From NCBI GenBank assembly GCA_001724245.1, contig MEDX01000005.1, positions 52,655 through 72,654 on the forward strand: a stretch of 20,000 nucleotides of DNA. The letters are read 5' to 3'. A program made the translations under genes and the position numbers. Of the stretch, positions 9,236-19,226 are shown in pieces. A model generated the notes under the pieces. That model saw nothing but the letters and a program-made list of their open reading frames with translations. It was not told where the DNA came from and did no database searches. Position 1 is the stretch's first letter. Every line of letters starts with the position of its first letter. This DNA is from Fonticula-like sp. SCN 57-25 (Eukaryota).

Positions 9236-12200
9236 TCAAACGATCCCAAGTCCCTCCTTCAACAGCTGCTTTTCGCGGAGTATCCGATTCTTCTCAAACG
9301 ACTCGAACGCGGCCAGTCTCTTTGGGGAGCTCTTGTCGACGACCGACCTGAGCTCGGCCTCGAACGGATCGACCTTGAGCGCCAGCTGCTTCTTCCGAAT
9401 CTAATCTGGTCGTGAGTCTTTGAAAACAAAAGAGCTCGAAAAAGTGCGCACCGCTGCCGCCTTTTCGGCCGCCTTCACGCGCCTCGCGGACCGCTCCTCA
9501 AAGGTGAGCGACGCCCCACCGCTCGAGATACCGAGCAGCAGCGCATTGCGAAGGTCCGACTCGCTGAACTCGTCCGGAAGAGGCGGCGGCACAAAGTCGA
9601 GCGGCACAGCCGAAACATTCGCCTTTAGCACAGTCACCTCGGACAGCTTCTCCATGAGCTCGCTGAGCTCTGCGTGGTCGTCGTCCAGGTCGTTGAACTG
9701 CTGCTCCTGCTGCTTGAGGAACTGCTGCTCGGACGCGATCATCTGCAGCTCCTGCTCCCAGTGCTTCTTCCACCGCGACTTGCTTCCCTGCAGCTGGGAG
9801 CTCAGACCCGCCAGCATCTCGTCAAGCTCGCCAACCTGGGTCTGCAGCGACTGCACGTAATCCTAGAGAGGAAAAGCACGCAATGTCAGTAATAGCAGCG
9901 GCACAATGCATTAGAAAAGGGCGCGCGTACCAATGCCGGCTTGACATGTCGCTTGGTGACGTCATCACGGAGTGTCTCGATCGCGTACTTGAGGTCGCCA
10001 AAGATGTTATGGACAAGCTCTGACTTATCGGCGATGGCGTCCTTTTCGACTGCAACCTGTCGCGCGGGGACAAGCTTCATACCGCTGAGTGTGGTAAGCA
10101 CTTGCTTGACGCTCGCCATATCGCGCCGCGATGCCTTGCGCATCTGCGTGACGTCGTGGTACACGTCGGCAAGCGACTCGCGCAGCTCGGCGAGCGCCTC
10201 CTGCTGCGGCGCAAGCTCCTCGAGCAGCGCCATGGGCACCACGTTGAGCGCCGGCAGCGAGGCAGCGGCGACGGCTGGGTCCGCGGGGGCGGCCGACGAC
10301 CCACCGCGGGCCGCAAGGAGCAAATCCGCGTGGATGCGGCTAAGGTCGCCGCGCAGAACCTGCAGCTCGTCGGTCGCAACGGACGCGGCGGCGAGGGCAC
10401 CGGCCGACGAGCGCAGCAGATTGACAGCCTCGCTCAGCTCGAGCATATGCCGCCGCGCAGAGTCCTCGGACGCGGACGGGCGTGCGCGCACAATCGCGCC
10501 CTCCGTCAAAAATCCGACGTTGTCCAGGTCGTAAAAGAGCGGATCCGCGGGCGTCTTGACCTGCAGCTCGCTCACGCGCACGCCCTTGGCGCCCACATAA
10601 TCGCCCAGCAGGGACGCGAGCGTCGAGAGAACCTCATCGCGCGGCACAGCGTTGAGCGCGATGCGCTTGACAACGCTCCCGTGTTCCAAAAAGAGCTTGC
10701 CGAGCGACACCGACGGGACGCTGGAGGTGGCGCCCATCGACAGCAGCGACGACGAGCTGCTCCAGACGCCGCTCGAGGCTCGGCCGATCGGTGAAGCGGC
10801 CCCGCGGGGGTACCCGGCCATCATGCTCATCCGCTTCGAGGCCATCAACGCGCGCCTCTCGGACGTCGGCGTCGACGAAGACGTCGACTGGAGCGAAGGC
10901 ATCGAGGAGCTCAGCGGCGTCTGAGAGAACGACGCCTCTTGCTTCATTGAGGCGGCCGCAGAGTCGTCCGCTTCGGTAGAGTCTGAATCAGTGCTCGTGT
11001 TCACAGACAGGCCAGCGGGCCGCGCGGCAACGCCGTTGCTCGAGGTCTGTCCCGCGGCGGCCGAGATGGCGTCCTCAAGCACGCTCGACCGCCGGCCGCG
11101 ATCGTGCGCGGGTGACGGCGCCTCGTCCGCCGGCGCGACAATCGGCGTGATCCGCGAGGCCGCCTGCACCGCGGCAAGCAGCGTCGTCGACACGAACGCG
11201 TCCGAGTACTCAATCGCCGCGCGGTCAATGGCGGCGCGCGCGGCGGCGGGGACAGTTGGCTCAGCTGCCATCTCTGACGGAGCCGGCGGAAACGGCTCCT
11301 GCTTCGGCGACGCGCTCGGCTCCGGCTGAACGGCAGCCGGCTCCTCGACTGCCTGAGGCGTCACGGGCTTTTCGACTGCCTGGGGAGTTGCGGGCTGCTC
11401 GACTGCCTGCGGTGTAGCGACCGCCGGGGGTGTGGTAAGTGCCGCCGGGGGCGTGGCAAGTGCCGGGGGTGTGGCAAGTGCCGGGGGTGTGGCAACCGCC
11501 TGGGGTGTAGCGACTGCCTGCGGCGTTGAGGGCTCCTGTACGACGGGCGGGGGCAGCCGCGGCGGCTCCTTTGAAACGGGCGAAAATGGCGTCGCAATGG
11601 TCGGCGACGGGACGACAAGCGACGCAGCGCGAAGGAGCGGCGCAGGGCGGCTCGGCGCAAGAAGGCAGTGGCCAATGTGCACAAAGAGCATCGCCATGTG
11701 GGCCGTCAGCGACTGGCGAAACTTTTCCGCGGGGCGTTCCCAAACACCCACCTCGCTCGTGCCAGGGGCTATCGCAACAGCGCAGGTAAGCAACCCAGTG
11801 CGGCGCAGAAAACAAAGCGCGTACCAGGGCGGACTTGCTTGAGCGCGGCGAGCTTGGACGACGAAAAGGACTCGACGGCCTCCCAGAGCGCGTCAATGCG
11901 AACGCTCGTGCGCACCGCCGAGCAGACCGAGCCAAGCGTCGCAATATGAACCTTTAGTGGCGCAAACGAGGCAATAAAGGCGTCCTCATCGCTCGACTTT
12001 CCGGACTCCTGGTCCTACGCGGCGAGTTAGGGATCGCGAGCAAACATCGAAAAAGGAGGCGTACCGCCCACCGGTGGAACGCCTTCAGGACGACGGCGGC
12101 GGACTGCGTGGTGAGTGCGGCATACGTCTTGCGAAAGTCAGCGGGGACGGCCTTGTCCATGGCGGGGATCTCTGCCTTGTACTGGCGGCGGCGCAGGACC

Positions 12201-12564
12201 AGCCCCGTCCGGTCAATCTCGCTCATCTTTGCAGCAGTGTCAATGGGCAGCAAACCTACAAAGCTCGTTAACAAGACACACGCCCACTTGCTCAAAAGCG
12301 TACCCGCAGAGCCCGCGACTCCCCACAGCGAGTACATCTCGGGCGCCTTGGCTGCAGCGAGATCGGCAACGAGCGTGGCAACGACTTCGCCCACCGACTT
12401 GGTGGAGTCCACCGTCAGCTCCACGCGCTCGCGCTCCTCTTCCTCGGGCAAGTCATTCAGCAGGTCCTCCGCAAGCTCAACGTCCAGGTTAACCGTGGAC
12501 GCCTGCGGGACGGTTAGTGGCGACGATCATCAGCACATACCTTCCCCTGCCCCCGGCGCACCAT
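9236..12564 (-). CDS. BUD6: Bud6/Aip3-like actin- and formin-interacting protein; exons 12564-12541 (or ATG only), 12502-12304, 12255-12065, 12014-11825, 11768-9931, 9862-9452, 9400-9236
   Basis: AIP3-domain motifs: LFLEHGSVVKR...DPLFYDLDN..L.EG, IETLRDDVTKRHVKP, WKKHWEQELQMIASEQQFLKQQE...DLDDD, RRVKAAEK..IRKKQL...DPFEAEL. Six GT-AG introns with branch points keep the frame. Confidence 0.88.
11340..11525 (-). repeat. Coding minisatellite in the Bud6 linker (18-bp TPxA[V/L]A units, then 24-bp TPQAVExP units)
   Basis: The peptide reads TPQAVA TPQAVA TPPALA TPPALA TPPAALT TPPAVA TPQAVEQPA TPQAVEKPV TPQAVEEPA. DNA units resemble GGGGTGTGGCAAGTGCCG. Confidence 0.85.
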
Positions 12565-12613
12565 GTCAACAAAAAGACCAAGCACTAACGGCAAAGATGC
12601 GAGCGCAAATCAA

Positions 12614-12875
12614 GTCTATATAAACAGCTCTACCCAAAGGCTCCAGGCAGCAACGCTGTCAAACAAGACTAGCCGCAAAGGAGTCCACAGCAGGCCGCTA
12701 TTCCACCTACTGTACACACACTATGGTCCAGCGCCGCCCCGAAAACTGTTGTTTCGGTTGAACTGAGGCGACCAATCAGAGAGCAGGAGCGACCAATCAG
12801 GAGCGTTGGAATCAGTTTGGAATCTGACCACGGCCGCGGATGCCGATCAATGCAGGAGCATTTCAGGAGCGGTGC
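12614..12875 (-). promoter_or_regulatory. Putative BUD6 promoter: TATA-like element and duplicated CCAAT boxes
   Basis: A TATATAAA-type run lies at ~12617-12623, about 55 bp upstream of the ATG. GCGACCAATCAG occurs at 12768-12779 and 12789-12800. CAGGAGC occurs four times nearby. Confidence 0.5.
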
Positions 12876-13237
12876 AGCGCAAGGCGTGCCTTTAAAAGCG
12901 GTTTGTTATTGGTATGGTGACACGCTGCAGCACAGAAAGATCAAATTGTCATTATTGTTTATTGAAACTCGTCTTCATGCGGCTTGCGGCTAGCGGTATC
13001 ATTGCAATGCCGAGCGAGACGCATGCGTCGTATGCCGAGTCGTGCATTGTGGACAGAGCAGCGAACGGCGACGAACGGCGCACAAACAAAAGAGAATACA
13101 AACAGAAAGAAAGAAAAGGATCCAAAAAGCGGCGTAAACTACAGCAACGAGCATGCATTATTCCACCGTCTAAAAGGCAGAACAGAACAGAATCAATCAA
13201 CAAAGAGAGGAATGAACAGGAAAGCACATCCGCCATG

Positions 13238-13984
13238 CTACAAGGAAGGAGCGGCGGCGGCGTTGGCGGCAGTAGCGGCGTTGGCGGCGGGCGGCGGCGA
13301 GTCCGATCCCTGCTGCGCGCCATCGGTCGCCTGCCTCTGCCTGTCCGACGCGAAGCGCGCGAGCACGTAGATGAGCTGCCTCTCCCGCTCGGCCGCGGCG
13401 CTCTTGAGCCTGTCGACCTCCTCGCGCAGCTCCTCCTCGTTGTTCTGCCTCCTGACGCGGGAGCGCTGCTGGCTGAGCCGATTCCGCTCGCGCCGCCGCG
13501 CGGCCTTGAGCGACGCGCCGTCGTCCTTGGTCACCGAAGACAGCAGACCAGAGAACGCGCGGCGCGACATCTGACCCACCGTGTGGCTGTCGAGCTGGCG
13601 GTTGAGGTCACCCGACTCGTCAGCGCCCGCCGCAGCCGCAGCCGCAGCGTCATTCGCAGCGTTCTTGCCGGCGTCCGACGCGTCCGACGACGACGGGGTG
13701 CCGTTCGCCGCCGAAGATCCGCCCAGCACAGCCGCCGAGATGCTCGGTGCGCCACCGGCAGACGCAGAGGTGGACTTGCCGGCCTTGTACGCCGATGAAG
13801 CGCCAGTGCCCGAAAAGGCGGCCGAGACGAGCGGAGAAAGAGGCGAGTTGGCGCTCGCAAGGGGCGCGATCGCCGCCGCAGAGGCGAGCGGGAGGAGCGA
13901 AACGAGCGTCGCCGACGCAGACTCGGACGCGAGCGCGGCCGCGGTGGCGCTCTCGATCGGCTCCTCCTCGCCCTCGTTCTTCAT
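13238..13984 (-). CDS. bZIP transcription factor (start uncertain: first in-frame ATG 13984, frame open to beyond 14077)
   Basis: Basic region RRRERNRLSQQRSRVRR followed by a short zipper EELREEVDRLKSAAAERERQL. Flanks are Ala/Ser-rich and low-complexity. Confidence 0.8.
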   Translation of the reverse strand: MKNEGEEEPIESATAAALASESASATLVSLLPLASAAAIAPLASANSPLSPLVSAAFSGTGASSAYKAGKSTSASAGGAPSISAAVLGGSSAANGTPSSSDASDAGKNAANDAAAAAAAGADESGDLNRQLDSHTVGQMSRRAFSGLLSSVTKDDGASLKAARRRERNRLSQQRSRVRRQNNEEELREEVDRLKSAAAERERQLIYVLARFASDRQRQATDGAQQGSDSPPPAANAATAANAAAAPSL

Positions 13985-14549
13985 CTTCTTGCCAGGGCGC
14001 GCAGCAGCAGATGCTGACGCGGGCGCGCTGGGGCGGCGGCGGGCGGCCGGGGCCGCCTTGTCCTTTTGTTGTGGCACAGCCAGTCTCGCTAGTCGTGTGC
14101 GGCGCTGATGCGTCGCCGGGGGGAGGTGGGCAAAGGCGAAAAGTGTGCGATTGCGGCGAGGTCAGCAAAACCTTTGAAAGGCGCTGTCACCACAAATCAG
14201 CAGATCGAGAAAAGTCCCGAAAAATTGCCGCGCAAAGGAGCGGTCAAAGGGCCTTGAAAGAAACGGAAAGTGAGCGGCGCGCACGGCATCAGCGCGAAAC
14301 CACGGTCGTACAGGGTCCGAGGGATGGGGACGCAAGGGTGGTCAAACCGCTGATGTCACCCTTTGCTCGACGAACGCTAGGAAAAGCAAAAGTCGTTGGG
14401 ACGACAGAAAAAGGGAAAAAAAGCGGCAGCATGACACCTCACTTTTCGATCACAGTACTGTCACACGGCTGTGCCCGTATGGTGACAGGCTCGATCACAG
14501 GGCTGCCACAACCTGGTAGACGTCTGATTGCCGCCGTTTCCCGCCGAAA

Positions 14550-16628
14550 ATGGGCCGGCCGCGGACCAAAGGGGCGGCGCACGGCGTCCTGCGCGACTGG
14601 AAGGCGGCGCTCCTCTCGTCGCAGGCCGAGGAGCGCGCCAGGGAGGAAGGAGATGATAATAGCGACGAGCTGGCCGAGCGTTCGCCGCGGAAGCGCGCGG
14701 CGGCGGTGGCTGCAGCCGCAGCAGTGTCGGTCGTCGCGGCGGCCGATGCCGCAGCTGCCGAGCGCGCCTCTCGCGATCGATCGCTCTCGCCGCGAAAGGG
14801 GCGCTCGCCTCAAAAGCCTCGGCGCCTAGATTTCTCCGATGAGGACGATTTCGACGCGCCGCCGGACGAGCTGGACGCGCCTCCGCCGCAACCGCGGCCG
14901 CAGCGTGCCGCCGCGACAGGCGTCAAACGAGCGGTCGGCAAGGGATCAGGCGCCGCACCGGATGACGACCAGCACTCAGATGAGGCGGACGACGACGACT
15001 ATGCCGCTGATGAGGATGACGCGGAAGAGCCGGATGACGAGTACCAGGATGACCACGTAGAAGAGGAAGAGGAGGAGGAAGACGATGCCGCCGCCGACGA
15101 TGATGATTACGACAACGACGATGATGAAGCGTCCTCGTCCCGGCCCAAGCGCCGTCGCGTGTCGTCTCCCCGCAAAGCTTTGCCGCGCTCTCCCCGGCGC
15201 GCAAGCCGCTCTCCGACAAAACGCCGCAGGCTCGAATCTGATGCTGAAGCTGACTCTGACGACGACGCCCCCCCTTCGCCGTCCCGCCGCGCGCGCTCGT
15301 CGGGCGCCGGGCCCGAGCTGACGCTCCCCGCGCGCGTGACCCCCTTGGCGGGCCCCTCGAGCGACGCGCTAGAGAACGCGCGCAGCCAGCTTCACGTCGG
15401 CGCTGTTCCGGACGTGATGCCGTGCCGGGGCGCCGAGCGCGATCGGATCGCCACGTTTGTGCGCGAGTGCGCGCGCCGCGGCGCCGGCAAGTGCCTGTAC
15501 GTGTCGGGTATGCCGGGCACGGGCAAGACTGCCACCGTGCACCAGGTCGTCCGCGAGCTGCAGACCGGCGAGGACGCCATAGAATTTGACTTTGTCGAGC
15601 TGAACGCCATGCGCATGACCGAGCCCGCGCAGGCGTACTCGCTGCTGCTGCGCGGTCTCACAAAGGAAAAAATGCCGCCCGCACAGGCGCTCGACAGGCT
15701 TGACGAGCTGTTTAGTGGGCCGAGGAAGAAGGCCAAGCTGGCGGTCGTCCTCGTCGACGAGATGGACCTCCTCGTCACAAAGAAACAGACGGTCATTTAC
15801 AATCTCTTTGACTGGCCGCACAGGCAGCACGCGAGGCTCGCCGTCATCGCGGTCGCAAATACAATGGACTTGCCAGAACGTACGCAGTGGGGGATGCAGG
15901 GGAGATACGGCTATTGTGCTCTTCCTGGTTTTTACATGTCTCGACTTTTCCTTTTGATATGTTCATTTCGCGCCGCTTTTACTGACACTGCTTTAGGGAC
16001 ACTTCTGCCTCGTGTCTCCTCTCGCCTTGGCCTTGCGCGCCTTGTCTTTGCGTCGTACACGCACACGCAGCTGTGCGAGATTATTCTTTCCCGCCTTGGC
16101 GCGCACTCTGGCTGCTTCCACGCGGACGCCGTCGAGCTGTGCGCGCGCAAAGTCGCCCAGATCAGCGGCGACGCCCGCCGCGCCCTGGACGTCTGCCGGC
16201 GCGCCGTCGAGCTCGCCATCGACGCCCGCCAGCTCAGCCACGTCGACGAAGTCTACGCGAGCCACGTGAGCAGCGCATACGCTGCCATGTTCAACTCGAG
16301 CACGGCGACGGCGATCCAGTACGCGTCAAAGTACGAGCGCATTTTTTTGTGCGTCCTGTGCTCTGCGCTGCGCCACGCGGGCGTGCCGGAGACGACGTAC
16401 CACGTTGTGGCCGACCGCTTTGTCAACTCGCTGCGCGTGCACAGCCACGCGACGCCCAATGCGTCCGAGGTGTTTGCCATCTGCGCCAGGCTGGGGGCGC
16501 GGCGGCTTGTGCTCCTCGAGTCGCCACTCCTCGATGTGTACCAGCGCATCAGGCTCAACGTCACAGAGGACGACGTGAGGTTTGCGCTTGCGGCCGACAA
16601 GACAATGCTGCCATTCATCGGCAACTGA
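14550..16628 (+). CDS. ORC1: Origin recognition complex subunit 1; exons 14550-15879, 15997-16628
   Basis: ORC1-type motifs: ARSQLHVGAVPDVMPCR, Walker A YVSGMPGTGKT, Walker B VDEMDLLVTKKQTVIYNLFDWP, NTMDLPER|TLLPRVSSRLG, SGDARRALDVCRRA, and a C-terminal winged helix. In-frame 117-nt intron 15880-15996 (GTACGC...ACTGAC...TTTAG). Confidence 0.95.
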   Translation: MGRPRTKGAAHGVLRDWKAALLSSQAEERAREEGDDNSDELAERSPRKRAAAVAAAAAVSVVAAADAAAAERASRDRSLSPRKGRSPQKPRRLDFSDEDDFDAPPDELDAPPPQPRPQRAAATGVKRAVGKGSGAAPDDDQHSDEADDDDYAADEDDAEEPDDEYQDDHVEEEEEEEDDAAADDDDYDNDDDEASSSRPKRRRVSSPRKALPRSPRRASRSPTKRRRLESDAEADSDDDAPPSPSRRARSSGAGPELTLPARVTPLAGPSSDALENARSQLHVGAVPDVMPCRGAERDRIATFVRECARRGAGKCLYVSGMPGTGKTATVHQVVRELQTGEDAIEFDFVELNAMRMTEPAQAYSLLLRGLTKEKMPPAQALDRLDELFSGPRKKAKLAVVLVDEMDLLVTKKQTVIYNLFDWPHRQHARLAVIAVANTMDLPERTQWGMQGRYGYCALPGFYMSRLFLLICSFRAAFTDTALGTLLPRVSSRLGLARLVFASYTHTQLCEIILSRLGAHSGCFHADAVELCARKVAQISGDARRALDVCRRAVELAIDARQLSHVDEVYASHVSSAYAAMFNSSTATAIQYASKYERIFLCVLCSALRHAGVPETTYHVVADRFVNSLRVHSHATPNASEVFAICARLGARRLVLLESPLLDVYQRIRLNVTEDDVRFALAADKTMLPFIGN

Positions 16629-17060
16629 GGCAGAATGGGCAGAGTTCAATAAGGTTCAATAGGAGCATCATGAGGATGATTTGGCAGCAGTATGGACGAA
16701 TACGGAGGATTACCAAAAATTACCAAAGATTACCGATGATTACTGATGACAGGCAGGTGTGTACATTGCCGAGTTGTATGATTGTAGATACCTTTGTACT
16801 GTTATGTAAGAATGAGCGTCATTGTGACGCCCTTCATGGCATGTTAAAGACACTTTTCGCAATAATAATGTATTTCGATGCAAAAAAACAGTCTCATTAA
16901 TAATGTACAAAGAAAACTAGTTACAAGCAACATAATTGTGAGTGCGTACACAAACCGCGCACCGCATCACCTTCAAATGCAAAGAGCGCGCTTTGATGCG
17001 CCTAGCCCTATCCACGGTGCTGCCGCCCGCCCATTAGCGTCCTCTCGCCTATATCTCTGC

Positions 17061-17476
17061 TTACTTGCTCGTCGGGACGCTTTTCTCGGCCCACTGCAGG
17101 ATCGCCTCGGTGTCGTCATCGCCGTCGTCATCGATCTGCCTCAGCTTGCGGAGCTTCATGTTGCCAAAGGGGACATCGCCCGCGTCAAAGTCGACCTCCG
17201 CCGCCGCCTCAATGTCCGCCGCAAAGCTGAGGTCCGGGTCGTCGAGGCGCGCATACCGCCCCGATGTCTGGCCTCCCACGTTGCGCTTGTACATGTACCG
17301 AAGGGCAAAGTACGAAAGCACGAGGAGGATAAAACAAGTGACAAGAATGCCCACGCCAATCGCCCAATTGCCATAGTTAAGGCCAACCTCGTCGCCGACC
17401 GACGGCTTGTCTAGCAACAGCACGCATGAGAACAAGGAAACCAGCCGCAAATCGCACCCGTCCCGCTCTCGTCCAT
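17061..17476 (-). CDS. Small single-pass membrane protein of unknown function; exons 17476-17458, 17410-17061
   Basis: MDESGT|DKPSVG..WAIGVGILVTCFILLVLSYFALRYMYKR gives a TM helix with a basic flank, followed by a YARL motif and an acidic tail. Intron 17411-17457 (GTGCGA...TAG). Confidence 0.7.
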
Positions 17477-17554
17477 GCCGATGATGGTGTTGGAAACGGC
17501 CAACCAACAATGAACACGTGACCATACAGTTTGCAGATTGCATACTCACCGACG

Positions 17555-18257
17555 ATGCTGCTACGGCGCGCCCCGCTGCGGCCGTTGCTTCGCGCCGGCT
17601 GGTCGCCGTGCTCCTTTTACAGCACTGGCGCCGGTGGCAAGGGAACGAGCCAGCCCGCGCGTTCAGACGCCGAGCGTGCGCGATTCCTCGATGACATGAG
17701 CATCTTTGACGCTCCTCTGGACGGGTCGGTTCTCACACGCGTCGACTCGATCAAGCCGGACGGGTTCGTCATCAACAACACCGTCGTCAAAGGTGCGCTT
17801 ACCGCGCGTCTATTTTATGCAGTATTTTGCGTGTTGAATGGCGCGACTTTGTGCCTTGTCCTCGTGTCATTCCAATCGAAGTCGAAGCCGATCTTTAACC
17901 ATCCATACCTTCAGGTCCCGTCGCGCTGCTCTCCAACGCCGCGCTGCTGTTCAAGGTCCCCTCGGTTGACAAGCTGACGCCCGAGCACCTCAGCCTTTTG
18001 CAGGTCCTCAAGCCGTGCCCCGGTACGTTATCTGCACGCAGGCGATGTCGCTGACGAAGGCGGCAGATCTGCTGATCCTTGGGACGGGCGACAAGATGGT
18101 TCGCCCGCCGCCGGCGTTCCAGTCGGCGCTCTCCGCGCTGGGCATCAGCATTGACGTGAGCAAGTCGTCCAACGCGTGCGCCACCTTTAACGTGCTCGTG
18201 CAGGAGGGCAGGGCGGTCGTCGCGATCCTCTTTCCCAAGAACTCTGCATCCTCATGA
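17555..18257 (+). CDS. NDUFAF3: Mth938-domain mitochondrial complex I assembly factor; exons 17555-17792, 17915-18022, 18067-18257
   Basis: Mitochondrial presequence, then VDSIKPDGFVINN..VKG|PVALL...LTPEHLSLLQVLKPCP|DLLILGTG...GISIDVSKSSNACATFNVLVQEGRAV. Confidence 0.9.
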
Positions 18258-18400
18258 ACAGATGTGTATCGTAATTTTCTATTATATATTGTATTCCTTC
18301 CTTCAAGCACTCTATTATTCAATCAATGAACGTTACATGCAACACCGCTTCGTCTCTGCTGCGCATATCCTGTTTTACACTCGCTCTAGTCGTACATTGC

Positions 18401-19226
18401 TCAGGCGTCGTCCTCTGTCCGCTTCCGCTTGTTGCCGGCGACGTCACGCGGCTTCAATTGAATGACCTTGATGACGTCATGGTGGTACTCTGGGTGCAGC
18501 TCGGCGGCGGGCACCGGCCGAATGTCGTAGTGCTTTCCAGCCAATTCCATGAACTTGTCCTCGGCTTGCCTGAGCAAGAAAGCGCAAAAAAAGACATAGT
18601 GAATAAAACATAACTAAAAGTATGTAATTTCGTACCTATTACGTCCATAGGACAGCAGGATGAGCGACTCGTCGTGCGCCAGAGCTCTGATTGATCCAAT
18701 GAGATCGGCGGTCGCTTCCTCGACGTACATGATCTCTGCTCCGATGACAACGTCAAAGGGGCCTCCGAGCGCCTCTACGCCCTTGCCCCACGTGTGCTCC
18801 TCGACGCTCACCTTTCCTTCGGCCACGGCGCTGTTCTTCTTTACGGTCGCCTCGAGATTCTTGAGGCAGTTGAGGGGGCCGCTCTCGGTCAAGACCACGC
18901 GGCTGCACCCGATGGCCGCTGTCGAGAGCCCCACAAGTCCGCACCCGGCACCCAGCTCTACAAGGCTCTTCCCGTCAAGGTCGAGCTTGCCCTGCGACAC
19001 GAGATGCTCAAGGTACCGCGCAAGGACGATGCTCCCATCCCACACGCTCGTGCCGATCCCGTCCATGTTCTGAAGCAGCGTGATCTTTGACCCAGAGCTC
19101 AGCTCATAGACATACGGCCGCTCCCGCGACAGCTTCATGGGAATGCCTATCCATTGCGTCAATGTTCCCTGTCTGACGAAACGATCGGCCATCAAGCGGC
19201 TGCGCACCTTCCCGCCTCCACGCCAT
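18401..19226 (-). CDS. METTL21/Methyltransf_16-family protein lysine methyltransferase; exons 19226-19208, 19146-18636, 18569-18401
   Basis: Motifs GTSVWDGSIVLARYL, motif I VELGAGCGLVG, VVLTE, HTWG and FDVVIGAEIMY, with a C-terminal KRKR. Introns 19147-19207 and 18570-18635 keep the frame. Confidence 0.9.

Noticed and set aside
1437..12564. Functional cluster of 'actin-interacting proteins' (DLD2=AIP2, BUD6=AIP3) or of TEN1 with ORC1
   Set aside because: This is a naming coincidence or ordinary gene neighbourhood, with no evidence of co-regulation.
9941..16900. Many long overlapping or antisense ORFs (e.g. 10102-10794, 12914-13798, 13747-14829, 16073-16900)
   Set aside because: They are shadow frames of GC-rich BUD6, bZIP and ORC1 sequence, Arg/Ala/Pro-rich with no motifs.
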